A stretch of 64,000 nt of DNA from an uncultured Thiobacillus sp. GTDB taxonomy: Bacteria; Pseudomonadota; Gammaproteobacteria; Burkholderiales; Thiobacillaceae. The position numbers and the translations under genes are program-made. Position 1 is the first letter of the stretch; the number at the start of each line of letters is the position of its first letter. The stretch covers positions 4,395 to 68,394 of the forward strand of contig CAYVOR010000006.1 in assembly GCA_964452995.1 (NCBI GenBank). The letters run 5' to 3'. Positions 16,514 to 25,615 of this stretch are shown piece by piece. The notes under the pieces are model-generated. The model ran no database searches, was not told the origin of the DNA, and saw nothing but the letters and a program-made list of their open reading frames with translations.

Positions 16514-18777
16514 ACACGGATCAATTCGGCAACGGGATATTCCCATCGGCCCTGCGCAGCAGGTGCTGCCTGATTTTCGCTGAGTGTCTTCTGGCTGGCG
16601 TGCTGCTCCTACCGGGGGTGTCCAATGCCGGCAGAACGATTGACTCCGTTACGTTAAACGGGGCTGCGAGCGTCTCGGTGGGCCCCAATGGTCTTATCTC
16701 CGCAATTGTGAATGTGACGACCAGCGGGTCCGGGCAAGCGACGCAGTGGAAGTCCGCTGCATGGAAAATCGATGCCTCTCCGCCCGGGCCGGTTACCTGC
16801 GTGAACACCACGAATCACAATCAGCCAGGCACCTACAGTGAGCCAATCAGCATGACTGCGCCGGCATTGGCAGGAACGTACAACGCATACTTCTACGCTT
16901 ATCAAGACAATGCGTGCGGCGGTAGCGCAAGCAACCTCTACACCATGCCCAATGCCGTCGTTGTCACGTCTCAGACCACGACGGTCGCCGGCGGCTTCAA
17001 TGCGTTCGAAACCAGCACGCCGGCCGGCAGCGCAAGCGGCGTGATCCATACCAAGCTGTCCGCCGGCGCGTTCAGCCTGGCCGTGGTCGCCCTCAAGAGC
17101 GGCGGCGCGGCGGTCGAAACCGCCTTTGCCGGCGACGTGAAGCTCGAACTCGTCGACGCATCGGCGGGCACTGGCTGCGGGGCCTATGGCCTGATCCGCA
17201 GCCTGGGCACATTGACGTTCGCTGCGGGCGACACGGGACGCAAGACGCTGGCCGGTATCGTCGAGCCCAATGCCTGGCCCAACATGCGCATCCGCATGAC
17301 GTATCCGGCGACCGGCGCGCCGACGGTCGTCGCCTGTTCGACCGACAACTTCGCCATCCGGCCGGCCAGCTTCGGCAGCGTGACGGCGAGCGATGCCGAC
17401 AGCGTGACGGCGGGCATTGCGCGTGCGCTCACCAATACCAGCGCGAACGGCGGCTACGTCCACAAGGCCGGGCAGCCGTTCCAGATCGTCGCGACGGCCA
17501 CCAATGCGGCCGGTGCCGCCACCACGAACTACAGCGGCAATCCCGCGGCCAGCCTGACGGCCTGCGTGCTGCCCGCCACCGGCTGCACCCTGGGCACGCT
17601 CGCGACCGGCGCCTGGTCTACTGCTGCCGGCACAGGCACGGTGACGACCACCGACGCCCGCTATTCCGAGGTCGGCGCCTTCGCCATGAAACTGGTGGAC
17701 ACGAGCTTCGCGGCGGTGGATGCCGCGGACGGCTCCAGCGCGGCCGATCGGACGATCGAGTCGGCGGCATTCGACGTCGGCCGCTTCGTGCCGGATCATT
17801 TCGACCTGACGCCCGCCGGCCCGTCGCCTGTGTTCAAGACGTTCAACGAAGTGGATGCGAATTGTTCCGCCCTCACCACCCCACCCCAGCGTTCGTTCAC
17901 CTACGTCGGCCAGCCCTTCGGCTATCTCACGCTGCCACAGGCGACGATCACGGCGAAAAATGCCGCCGGCGCCGTCACGCGCAACTACGCCGGTGCGCTG
18001 TGGAAACTCGTGCCCGCCGGCGCCGTACAAACCTATACGGCCACCAACAACCTGGATATCGGCTTGCTGATGACGCCGACCGTGACCGCGAGCGGCAACG
18101 GAACGGGCACGCTGGTGGCCAGTGCGGCCGACCAGATCGCGTTCGTGCGTACGACCCCGATCGCGCCTTTCAACGCGGATATCGGCCTGTCGATGAGCAT
18201 TGAGGACATCGCCGAATCTGGCGTCTCCGGCAACGGCACCGCCGACACGCTCTCGCCCGCGCTGTTTGCCAATATCGCCTTCGATGCCGGCAACCAGATC
18301 CGCTTCGGCCAGCTGGTCCTGACCAATGCCCTGGGTTCGGAACTGCTTGGCCTGCCGGTGCCGATCGAGACCCGCTACTGGAATGGCGGCGGGTTCCTCC
18401 GCAACGCCGAGGATTCCTGCACCCAGCTCGCCGCCGCCAGCGTGGCGCTGTCAGGCTGGCGGCGCAACCTCAATGCCTGCGAAACGTCGGTCACCCTGTC
18501 CGGCCGCTTCAACGCCGGCCGCGGCAATTTGCGCCTGTCCGCGCCGGGTTCACCCAACACCGGCAGCGTCGATCTCACCGTGCAGCTGGGTGCCACCGCC
18601 AGCGGCAGCACGTGTGTGGCAGGTGTGGTAATGCCCACCGTGGCGGCATCGCAAAGCTGGCTGCAAGGCCACTGGAGCGGCACGCCTGTGCAGTACAACC
18701 AGAATCCTGCAGCGCGGGCCAGTTTTGGCCTGCATCGTGGCAGCAAACCGCTGATTTATCTGCGAGAGATGTATTGA
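16510..18777 (+). CDS. mshQ: MshQ-like pilus tip adhesin (DUF6701-type C-terminus)
   Basis: Signal peptide; YSEVGAF, VGRFVPDHF, FTYVGQPF, RFGQL and ARASFG..IYLREMY motifs; follows mshP. Confidence 0.75.
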   Translation: MNTDQFGNGIFPSALRSRCCLIFAECLLAGVLLLPGVSNAGRTIDSVTLNGAASVSVGPNGLISAIVNVTTSGSGQATQWKSAAWKIDASPPGPVTCVNTTNHNQPGTYSEPISMTAPALAGTYNAYFYAYQDNACGGSASNLYTMPNAVVVTSQTTTVAGGFNAFETSTPAGSASGVIHTKLSAGAFSLAVVALKSGGAAVETAFAGDVKLELVDASAGTGCGAYGLIRSLGTLTFAAGDTGRKTLAGIVEPNAWPNMRIRMTYPATGAPTVVACSTDNFAIRPASFGSVTASDADSVTAGIARALTNTSANGGYVHKAGQPFQIVATATNAAGAATTNYSGNPAASLTACVLPATGCTLGTLATGAWSTAAGTGTVTTTDARYSEVGAFAMKLVDTSFAAVDAADGSSAADRTIESAAFDVGRFVPDHFDLTPAGPSPVFKTFNEVDANCSALTTPPQRSFTYVGQPFGYLTLPQATITAKNAAGAVTRNYAGALWKLVPAGAVQTYTATNNLDIGLLMTPTVTASGNGTGTLVASAADQIAFVRTTPIAPFNADIGLSMSIEDIAESGVSGNGTADTLSPALFANIAFDAGNQIRFGQLVLTNALGSELLGLPVPIETRYWNGGGFLRNAEDSCTQLAAASVALSGWRRNLNACETSVTLSGRFNAGRGNLRLSAPGSPNTGSVDLTVQLGATASGSTCVAGVVMPTVAASQSWLQGHWSGTPVQYNQNPAARASFGLHRGSKPLIYLREMY

Positions 18778-18792
18778 TCCAGATTAAATCCT

Positions 18793-18821
18793 TTGACAAC
18801 AACAGCTTATTTATTTAAGTT
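18793..18821 (+). promoter_or_regulatory. sigma70 promoter of the mshI-N operon
   Basis: TTGACA-N17-TAAGTT in an AT-rich intergenic gap. Confidence 0.7.
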
Positions 18822-18845
18822 CACAAAAATTTTTAGGTCCGGCAC

Positions 18846-19754
18846 ATGCAGCTTTTCCGTCGATCGAGCGAGCAGGGCTTAACCGCGTACTTGCGTCTTC
18901 CCGGGCGTATTGCGTATGCGCGCGTCGATCGCAGGGTCGCCGTTCCCCGGCTGCTTGCCGCCGGCGTGGCGGCGGTGAAGGGCGACAACTGGGGCGAGGC
19001 GCTGGCCCGGCTGCATGGCAAGGGTCCGGTCAGCCTCGTGCTGAATCCGGCCGATTACCGGCTGCGTCTGCTCGACGCGCCGAACGTACCTGCCGACGAA
19101 CTCAAGTCCGCGGTGCGCTGGCAGATCCAGGACATGCTCGATTTTCACGCCGACGACGGCACGGTGGACGTGCTGGAGGTGCCGCATCCCGAGCATGTGG
19201 GCCATGCGAAGCAGCTTTTCGCGGTGGCGGCCAAGAACAGTCTGCTTGCGGAAGAGGCTGTGCTCGCCACCAACGCCGGGCTGAACCTCACCATCATCGA
19301 CATCATGGAAACCGCCCAGCGCAACGTGGCCGCCCGGCTGGAAACGCCGGGGCGGGCGCTGGCGCTCTTCTCGTTCATTGAAACCGGCGGCCTGCTGACG
19401 CTCACGCTGGACGGCGAGCTGTGCATGGCGCGCACGCTGGGCGTGAGTCAGACAGTGCTGGACATCGAGGGCATGGACAGCGTGCTCGAACGCCTGACGC
19501 TGGAAATCCAGCGCAGCCTGGATCATTTCGACCGCCAGTTCGGCGGGATTCCCGTCGATCGCCTGCTGCTGGCGCCGGGAGCGAGCGTCGAAGGCCTGCA
19601 GAAAGGCCTGTCCGGCAATCTCGCCTTGCCGGTCAAGGCGCTCGATCTGGCGGAGGTGCTGGATATCGCCGCCCTGCCGGAGGCGAACGCCCTGCCGCCG
19701 CACTGCTTTCATGCCATCGGCGCCGCCTTGCGGATGGAAGAGACCAAGCCATGA
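18846..19754 (+). CDS. mshI: MSHA biogenesis protein MshI (PilM-like)
   Basis: APNVPADELKSAVRWQIQDM and LTLEIQRSLDHFDRQF. Confidence 0.82.
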   Translation: MQLFRRSSEQGLTAYLRLPGRIAYARVDRRVAVPRLLAAGVAAVKGDNWGEALARLHGKGPVSLVLNPADYRLRLLDAPNVPADELKSAVRWQIQDMLDFHADDGTVDVLEVPHPEHVGHAKQLFAVAAKNSLLAEEAVLATNAGLNLTIIDIMETAQRNVAARLETPGRALALFSFIETGGLLTLTLDGELCMARTLGVSQTVLDIEGMDSVLERLTLEIQRSLDHFDRQFGGIPVDRLLLAPGASVEGLQKGLSGNLALPVKALDLAEVLDIAALPEANALPPHCFHAIGAALRMEETKP

Positions 19755-20404
19755 GCCAGCAGATCAACCTGATCAGTCCGCTGCTGCTCAAGCAGCGCTA
19801 TGCATTCGGCCTGCGCGAGATGGCGCTGGGGCTGGGCCTGATCCTGGCGGTCGTGCTGGCCTGGTCGGGGTATCTGACCTACCGGGCGAACACGCTCGAA
19901 AAACAGGCCGAGTCGCAGGAAGCCCAACAAGCAGCGGCGCAGGCGGAACTGGACCAGCAGAGCGCCGTTGCAACCCGGCCGGTAAGCGCGCTGCTGACCG
20001 AGCGCGTCAAGGCAACGCAGGCACGGGTCGCGCAACGCGAGGCGCTGCTGGCCTCGTTGAGCCACACCATGGGTCGTTCAGCGACAGGATTTTCTTCCCG
20101 TTTGCGCGCGCTCGCGCAGAGCACGACAGAAGGCGTCTGGTTAAATGGCTTCACCCTTTCGCCGGACTACGTGGCGCTCAAGGGGTCGGCGCTGAATGCC
20201 GGTCTGGTGACGACGTATATGGACCGTCTCGGCAAGCAGACGGCGTTCGCCGGCATGAAATTTACCAGCATGAATGCCGAGCTTGCGCAGGGCACAGGCG
20301 ATAGCCCGGCGCAGTCCGCGGGTTTGCCGGAGCATATCGACTTCGCCCTGTATTCGGGCGGCCGGAACAATGCGGCAGACACGGGAGCATCCGATGGCCA
20401 GTGA
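19751..20404 (+). CDS. PilN-like MSHA biogenesis protein (MshI second part)
   Basis: MSQQINL start, one TM segment, coiled coil, GVWLNGF..LKGSAL. Confidence 0.78.
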   Translation: MSQQINLISPLLLKQRYAFGLREMALGLGLILAVVLAWSGYLTYRANTLEKQAESQEAQQAAAQAELDQQSAVATRPVSALLTERVKATQARVAQREALLASLSHTMGRSATGFSSRLRALAQSTTEGVWLNGFTLSPDYVALKGSALNAGLVTTYMDRLGKQTAFAGMKFTSMNAELAQGTGDSPAQSAGLPEHIDFALYSGGRNNAADTGASDGQ

Positions 20405-21050
20405 GAAATGGCGCGAGATCAGCCGTCGCATCGGTGCAATGAGCCTGCGCGAACGGCTGTTCGTTTTCGTCGCGGCGGTTGTAGTGGCGCTGGCGCTGGT
20501 ACAAACCCTGCTGATCGATCCAGTGCAACGGCGCATACAGAGTGCCAATGACCGCCTGCAAAGTGCCCAGGCAGCGCTGGTGCAGATCGGGCAGCAGCAG
20601 ACCCTGCTGGCCGGCCAGGGACAGCGGGATCCCGACCAGGCCGCGCGGCAGATGCTGGCGGCGCAGGAAGCCCGCCTGGCCGAATTGAATGCACAGATTG
20701 AAACACGCGGGCACTCGCTGGTCCCGCCCGAACGCATGGGCCAGGTACTGAAGGATGTGGTGAGCGGCCCGCCTGGCGTGCGCATCGTAGGATTCAGGAC
20801 GCTCGCGCCGCATCCCGTTTTGCAGCCGGGCGCGACGGAGGGAAGTCCGCCCGAATTCTATCGGCATGGTTTCGAAATCACGGTCAGCGGGTCCTATTCC
20901 GATCTGGTCGCCTATCTCGAACGCCTGGAGGCGTTGCCGTGGCGGCTCAACTGGACCGAAGCGACGCTCGATGCGGCTGGCCGCCCCGATCTGAAACTGA
21001 CGCTGATCGTCCACACCCTGAGCCTGGAGGAAGCATGGCTGCGCGTATGA
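20394..21050 (+). CDS. mshJ: MSHA biogenesis protein MshJ (PilO/GspM-like)
   Basis: SLRER, YRHGFEITVSGSYSDLVAYLERLEALPW, TLSLEEAWL. Confidence 0.85.
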   Translation: MASEKWREISRRIGAMSLRERLFVFVAAVVVALALVQTLLIDPVQRRIQSANDRLQSAQAALVQIGQQQTLLAGQGQRDPDQAARQMLAAQEARLAELNAQIETRGHSLVPPERMGQVLKDVVSGPPGVRIVGFRTLAPHPVLQPGATEGSPPEFYRHGFEITVSGSYSDLVAYLERLEALPWRLNWTEATLDAAGRPDLKLTLIVHTLSLEEAWLRV

Positions 21051-21358
21051 TGCTGGGTGCCCTGATCGCGCTACTGGCGATTCCTGCCGCTGGGGCAGAC
21101 CTGCCCGACCCCACGGCGCCCCCGGCGGCGGTTGCTGTCGAGCGCGATGCCAGCCCCGCCGTGTCGCTCACGGCCATCAAGCGGCGCGGCACGCAGCGGT
21201 TCGCCGTCATCGGTGGCCAGGAAATAGCGGTAGGCGGGCGCTATCAGGATGCCCGCGTGGTACGCATCACTGATAGCGAAGTGGTGCTGCGCCGGGGTGC
21301 GGACGTCACGGTGCTCGAACTCTATCCGCACGTCGGAAAACGATTGCGCGGCCAATAA
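21047..21358 (+). CDS. mshK: MSHA biogenesis protein MshK
   Basis: Signal peptide, LPDPTAPP, AVIGGQ..VG; position between mshJ and mshL. Confidence 0.78.
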   Translation: MMLGALIALLAIPAAGADLPDPTAPPAAVAVERDASPAVSLTAIKRRGTQRFAVIGGQEIAVGGRYQDARVVRITDSEVVLRRGADVTVLELYPHVGKRLRGQ

Positions 21359-21377
21359 GAAACGGGAGAGATTGCGG

Positions 21378-23045
21378 ATGACGAAGCGCTACACCATGAT
21401 TATTGCCGGCCCGCTGGTTCTGCTGGGGTGTGCCGGCCCCCTGACGCCGCGCGATACGCAGCAGGCGATCCATCAGGAAATTTCCCGGGCGGCTCAGGCA
21501 CAGCCGGCGCCGCACGCGATGACCGAGGAACAGGCCCGGGCAGCACTGCTGCCTCCGCTCAAGCTCGAACTGCCCAGGGCGGCAGCCGAACCCGTCGAGC
21601 CGCGTTTCGATCTGGTCGTCAACGGTGCGCCCGCGCAGGATGTGTTCATGGCGATCGTCTCCGGCACGCGTTACAGCATGCTGGTGCATCCGGAAGTGGC
21701 GGGCACGATTTCGGCCAATCTCAAGAACGTCACCGTGCCTGAGGCGATGTCCTCCATTCGCGACCTGTACGGCTACGACTACACGCTCGACGGGCATCGC
21801 ATCGTGGTGCGGCCATTGACACCGCAGACCCGCATCTTCAAGGTCAATTACCTGGCCGGCACGCGCGTCGGGTCGTCGGATATACGCGTGATTTCCGGCT
21901 CCATCAGTTCCGCGAGCAGTGGTGGGGCAAGTGGAACGATGGGTGGCAGCGGTTCACAACAAGCTTCGCTGGAAACCAGCAAGATCAATACGGCGCTCAA
22001 TTCGGATTTCTGGGGCGAACTGAAAGTGGCGCTCGACACGATCGTCGGCGAGTCCGGCAAGGTGATCCTGAGTCCGCAGTCGGGGGTCGTGGTGGTCAGG
22101 ACCACGCCGCGCACGATGCGCGACGTCGAGCATTTCCTCAAGGCCACCGCCTCGGCGGTCGAACGTCAGGTCATGCTGGAAGCGAAAATCCTCGAAGTGC
22201 GGCTGGACGACGGCTATCAGACCGGCATTAACTGGGCGGTGCTGCATAACGGCGAGCACAAGTATTCGTCGGGCGCCAATACCGGTAATTTCGATCTGCT
22301 GACCGGCGCCGCCAGCGGTTCACTGGCGGATGTTCTTGGCAGCGGGCTGCCAGCGGCGGCCGGCACGACCTCCGGCATCTTCGGTCTCGCGTTCCAGACC
22401 AAGAGTTTCGCCGCGCTGATCAATTTCCTGGAAACCCAGGGAACGGTGCACGTGCTGTCCAGTCCGCGCATCGCGGCGCTGAACAACCAGCAGGCCGTGC
22501 TCAAGGTCGGCACCGATGATTATTTTGTGACCGATGTATCGACCACCAGCAATACCGGCGGCGCCGGCACCACGACCACGCCCAGCGTGACGCTGCAACC
22601 GTTCTTCTCCGGAATCGCGCTCGACGTCACGCCGCAGATCGATGAGAAAGGCCTGGTCACGCTGCACATCCGTCCCTCGGTCAGTGTGGTGACGGAAAAG
22701 ATCAAGAACATTGATGCCGGCCAGGCCGGACAACTGACCCTGCCGCTCGCGTCCAGTTCGGTCTCGGAAACCGACAGCGTCGTGCAGGTGGAGGACGGAC
22801 GCATCGTCGCCATCGGCGGCATGATGAAGCAGTCCTTCGACGGCAGCGCCAACCGCGTGCCCGGTCTGGGTCGGGTGCCGCTGCTGGGCTATTTCTTCGG
22901 CAATACCAGCCAGAGTTCGAAGAAGAGCGAACTGGTGATCCTCATCAAGCCGACCGTCATCGACAGCCAGGCAGACTGGCAGGCGGATGCGGAAACGACT
23001 CAGGCCCGCCTCGACAAACTCGAGCGCCAACCGGCGACACCGTGA
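21378..23045 (+). CDS. mshL: MSHA secretin MshL
   Basis: Lipobox LLGC, QVMLEAKILEV, VLSSPRIAALNNQQAVLKVG, PFFSGIALDVTPQI. Confidence 0.92.
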   Translation: MTKRYTMIIAGPLVLLGCAGPLTPRDTQQAIHQEISRAAQAQPAPHAMTEEQARAALLPPLKLELPRAAAEPVEPRFDLVVNGAPAQDVFMAIVSGTRYSMLVHPEVAGTISANLKNVTVPEAMSSIRDLYGYDYTLDGHRIVVRPLTPQTRIFKVNYLAGTRVGSSDIRVISGSISSASSGGASGTMGGSGSQQASLETSKINTALNSDFWGELKVALDTIVGESGKVILSPQSGVVVVRTTPRTMRDVEHFLKATASAVERQVMLEAKILEVRLDDGYQTGINWAVLHNGEHKYSSGANTGNFDLLTGAASGSLADVLGSGLPAAAGTTSGIFGLAFQTKSFAALINFLETQGTVHVLSSPRIAALNNQQAVLKVGTDDYFVTDVSTTSNTGGAGTTTTPSVTLQPFFSGIALDVTPQIDEKGLVTLHIRPSVSVVTEKIKNIDAGQAGQLTLPLASSSVSETDSVVQVEDGRIVAIGGMMKQSFDGSANRVPGLGRVPLLGYFFGNTSQSSKKSELVILIKPTVIDSQADWQADAETTQARLDKLERQPATP

Positions 23046-24046
23046 CCGCGATGGTTTTCCCCGATTCGACAGACTCGCCGGCCGCAACCGGCGAGTCTGT
23101 CGGTGGGAGAAAGCCAGCCCGCTCGACTGACGGTCGTCGTTCCCTCTCGTATCTTGCGCATTTCGGGCTCGTCGAAGCCCCTTTCGGGCTGACCCCGGAT
23201 ACCGATTTCTTTTTCGCCTCGCCACCGCACCGGGAAGCGCTCGACACGCTGCTGTATGCGCTGGAAAGCGGCGAAGGCTTCATCAAGATCGTCGGCGCGG
23301 TCGGAACCGGGAAAACCCTGCTGTGCCGGACGCTGCTGGCCGATCTCCCCCGGCGCTGCCGCGCGCTCTATCTCCCCAATCCCGCGCTCGATCCGGCCGG
23401 CATGCTGTTTGCCGTGGCCGAAGAACTGGGCCTCAAGCTGACGGGAAAGGAAACGGCTTACCGTGTGCACAAGGCGATCCAGTCCAAGCTGATCGCGCTG
23501 GCCAGACGCGGCACCCGCGTGGTGCTGATTCTCGATGAGGCCCAGGCGATCTCGCTGGAGAGCCTGGAAACGGTACGGCTGCTGTCCAACCTGGAAACCG
23601 AAAAACGGAAATTGCTGACCATCGTGCTGTTTGGCCAGCCGGAACTGGATGCGCGGCTCGAGGCCATTCCGCAACTCAAGACCCGGATCAGTTTTCACGA
23701 CCGCCTGCGTCCCCTGCAGCGCGAGGAACTCGTTGCCTATCTTGCGCATCGCCTGGCGCGAGCGGGTTTCGATCTCGCCGATTCACCGTTCAGCCCGCGT
23801 GCCGTCGGACTTTTGTACGAGGCCAGCGCCGGCGTCCCGCGCGTCGTCAATGTCATCGCCCACAAGGCCCTCATGCTGGCGTATGGCAAAGGCCGGCCAC
23901 GCGTCGGCTGGCGCGAGATGCGAGCGGCCGCACGCGACACCCTGGCGGCCGGGACGCTCAATCGCACCGCGCGCTGGAGCCTGTTCGCGCTGGCTGCGCT
24001 GGGAGTGAGCGCAGTTGCCGCGGGCTGGCTGGTTCTAGTGGCATGA
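23042..24046 (+). CDS. mshM: ExeA-family ATPase MshM
   Basis: YLAHFGL..PFGLTPD, GAVGTGKT, ILDEAQ, VLFGQPEL. Confidence 0.88.
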   Translation: MTAMVFPDSTDSPAATGESVGGRKPARSTDGRRSLSYLAHFGLVEAPFGLTPDTDFFFASPPHREALDTLLYALESGEGFIKIVGAVGTGKTLLCRTLLADLPRRCRALYLPNPALDPAGMLFAVAEELGLKLTGKETAYRVHKAIQSKLIALARRGTRVVLILDEAQAISLESLETVRLLSNLETEKRKLLTIVLFGQPELDARLEAIPQLKTRISFHDRLRPLQREELVAYLAHRLARAGFDLADSPFSPRAVGLLYEASAGVPRVVNVIAHKALMLAYGKGRPRVGWREMRAAARDTLAAGTLNRTARWSLFALAALGVSAVAAGWLVLVA

Positions 24047-24079
24047 GCATGCTTTTCCTGTCTGCTTCCGATTGAGCGT

Positions 24080-25102
24080 ATGAGCATCATCAACCAGACA
24101 TTGCGCGCACTCGACGCGCGTCAGCATGATCGGGTGTTTCCTCCGGCGCCGCCGCCCCCACCTGCTGCCGGGACGCGGCGCAACACAAAACCCTGGATTG
24201 CCGCTGCCGTGTTGCTGCCGATTGCGGGGCTCGCAATCTGGTTCATTTCCCGGCCGGCTGCCGAAAGCCTGCCGCATCCACGCGCGCCCATCGTGGCACC
24301 TGCATTAGACCTGCAACCGGCATCGCCTGCCGTGTCCCCTGCAACGCACCCCGTCAAAATAGAAACGCCGCCCGCCATAATTGAAAGGCACCCTCAATCG
24401 ATGTATTCGGCTGTGGAAAAACAGCAGCATGAAATGGCCGCTTCACCCAGGCTGCCGGCGCAACATGCGACGGTGGATTTACCGGGTCATGCCGCGTTGC
24501 AGCAACCGGCCATCCGCAAGGAGATCAGTCAACCGACCGCACGGGAAGAGGCCGACGAACGTTATCGCGAGGCATCGGCGCTCATCCGGGCAGGCCGGAC
24601 GGATCAGGCCCAGGCACTGCTCGAGACGGCCCTTGCCCTGTCGCCAGGGCATACCGCTGCGCGCGAGACGCTGGCCGCGTTGCTCAGCGATGCCGGCCGC
24701 AATCAGGAAGCCGAACAGGTCTTGCGCGCCGGGCGCGCAACCAGCCCGGAGCATGCGTGGTTTGCCCTCAGCCTGGCCCGCCTGCAGGCGGCGCGGGGAG
24801 ATATGGCGGGCGCAGTCGCCAGTTTGCAGGGCGGGCTGGGAGGGCGCGGTGTCGATGCCGATTACCATGCGACGCTGGCCGCGTTGCTGGTGCGACTCAA
24901 GCAATATCCCGACGCGGTGCAGCAATACGAGCAGGCGCTGAAGCGGCAACCGGGTCAGGGAACCTGGTGGATGGGCCTGGGCCTCGCGCTGGGTGCCCAG
25001 GGAAAAAACGATGAAGCGCGTTCCGCTTATCGCCGTGCACTCGCAGCCGGAAATCTGCCAGACTCGCTCGAAGAATTTGTCCGCACCAAGCTCGCCGACT
25101 GA
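24080..25102 (+). CDS. mshN: TPR protein MshN
   Basis: MSIINQTLRALDAR start, one TM segment, C-terminal TPRs (WWMGLGLAL..A..AYRRAL). Confidence 0.82.
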   Translation: MSIINQTLRALDARQHDRVFPPAPPPPPAAGTRRNTKPWIAAAVLLPIAGLAIWFISRPAAESLPHPRAPIVAPALDLQPASPAVSPATHPVKIETPPAIIERHPQSMYSAVEKQQHEMAASPRLPAQHATVDLPGHAALQQPAIRKEISQPTAREEADERYREASALIRAGRTDQAQALLETALALSPGHTAARETLAALLSDAGRNQEAEQVLRAGRATSPEHAWFALSLARLQAARGDMAGAVASLQGGLGGRGVDADYHATLAALLVRLKQYPDAVQQYEQALKRQPGQGTWWMGLGLALGAQGKNDEARSAYRRALAAGNLPDSLEEFVRTKLAD

Positions 25103-25331
25103 CCTGCGATCAGCGCGAATCCCATGAAATCACAAGGGTTTCACCTGAATGCCCGGACGCGGCGTGCACGTCTTGTGGTAATTACACAACGCAAATTTCC
25201 CGCAATAGAAGAAAATTGCTAGATTGTGGTTTTCTTTAGCCGATTTGTTAGAATTCCGCGCGTCGGCTGGATTTCAAGTCCCGGACCGATCTCTGGTGTG
25301 GGTTTTTATATTCGTAATAAAGGGAAATCAA

Positions 25332-25571
25332 ATGAAATATTCCATTCTCCTGGCTGCTCTGCTGGCCGTTTCCATGACCGCTTGTGGCAAAAAAGAAGAA
25401 GCCGCTGCTCCTGTCGAAGCGCCTGCTGCCGAAGCTGTTGCTCCGATGGACGCTGCGCCTGCCGAAGCGCCTGCTGCTGAAGCCGCACCCGCTGAAGCCG
25501 CACCTGCCGACGCCGCGCCTGCTGACGCCGCGCCTGCTGACGCTGCACCCGCTGAAGCGCCTGCCAATTAA
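25332..25571 (+). CDS. Small Ala/Pro/acidic repeat lipoprotein (H.8/Lip-like)
   Basis: Lipobox MTAC, then pentapeptide repeats A(E/D)AAP / AEAPA; good RBS. Confidence 0.85.
   Translation: MKYSILLAALLAVSMTACGKKEEAAAPVEAPAAEAVAPMDAAPAEAPAAEAAPAEAAPADAAPADAAPADAAPAEAPAN
25402..25566 (+). repeat. Imperfect 15-nt tandem coding repeats
   Basis: Units such as GCTGAAGCCGCACCC and GCTGACGCCGCGCCT. Confidence 0.8.
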
Positions 25572-25588
25572 TTTCTGGCCCGGCAATG

Positions 25589-25615
25589 AAAACCGGTCTT
25601 TGGGCCGGTTTTTTT
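25589..25615. terminator. Bidirectional intrinsic terminator
   Basis: AAAACCGGTC-TTTG-GGCCGGTTTTTTT between convergent genes. Confidence 0.85.

Noticed and set aside
25328-25567. Minus-strand ASAGA-repeat ORF, or a CRISPR-like repeat
   Set aside because: It is the reverse complement of the lipoprotein's coding repeats; no spacers and no cas genes.
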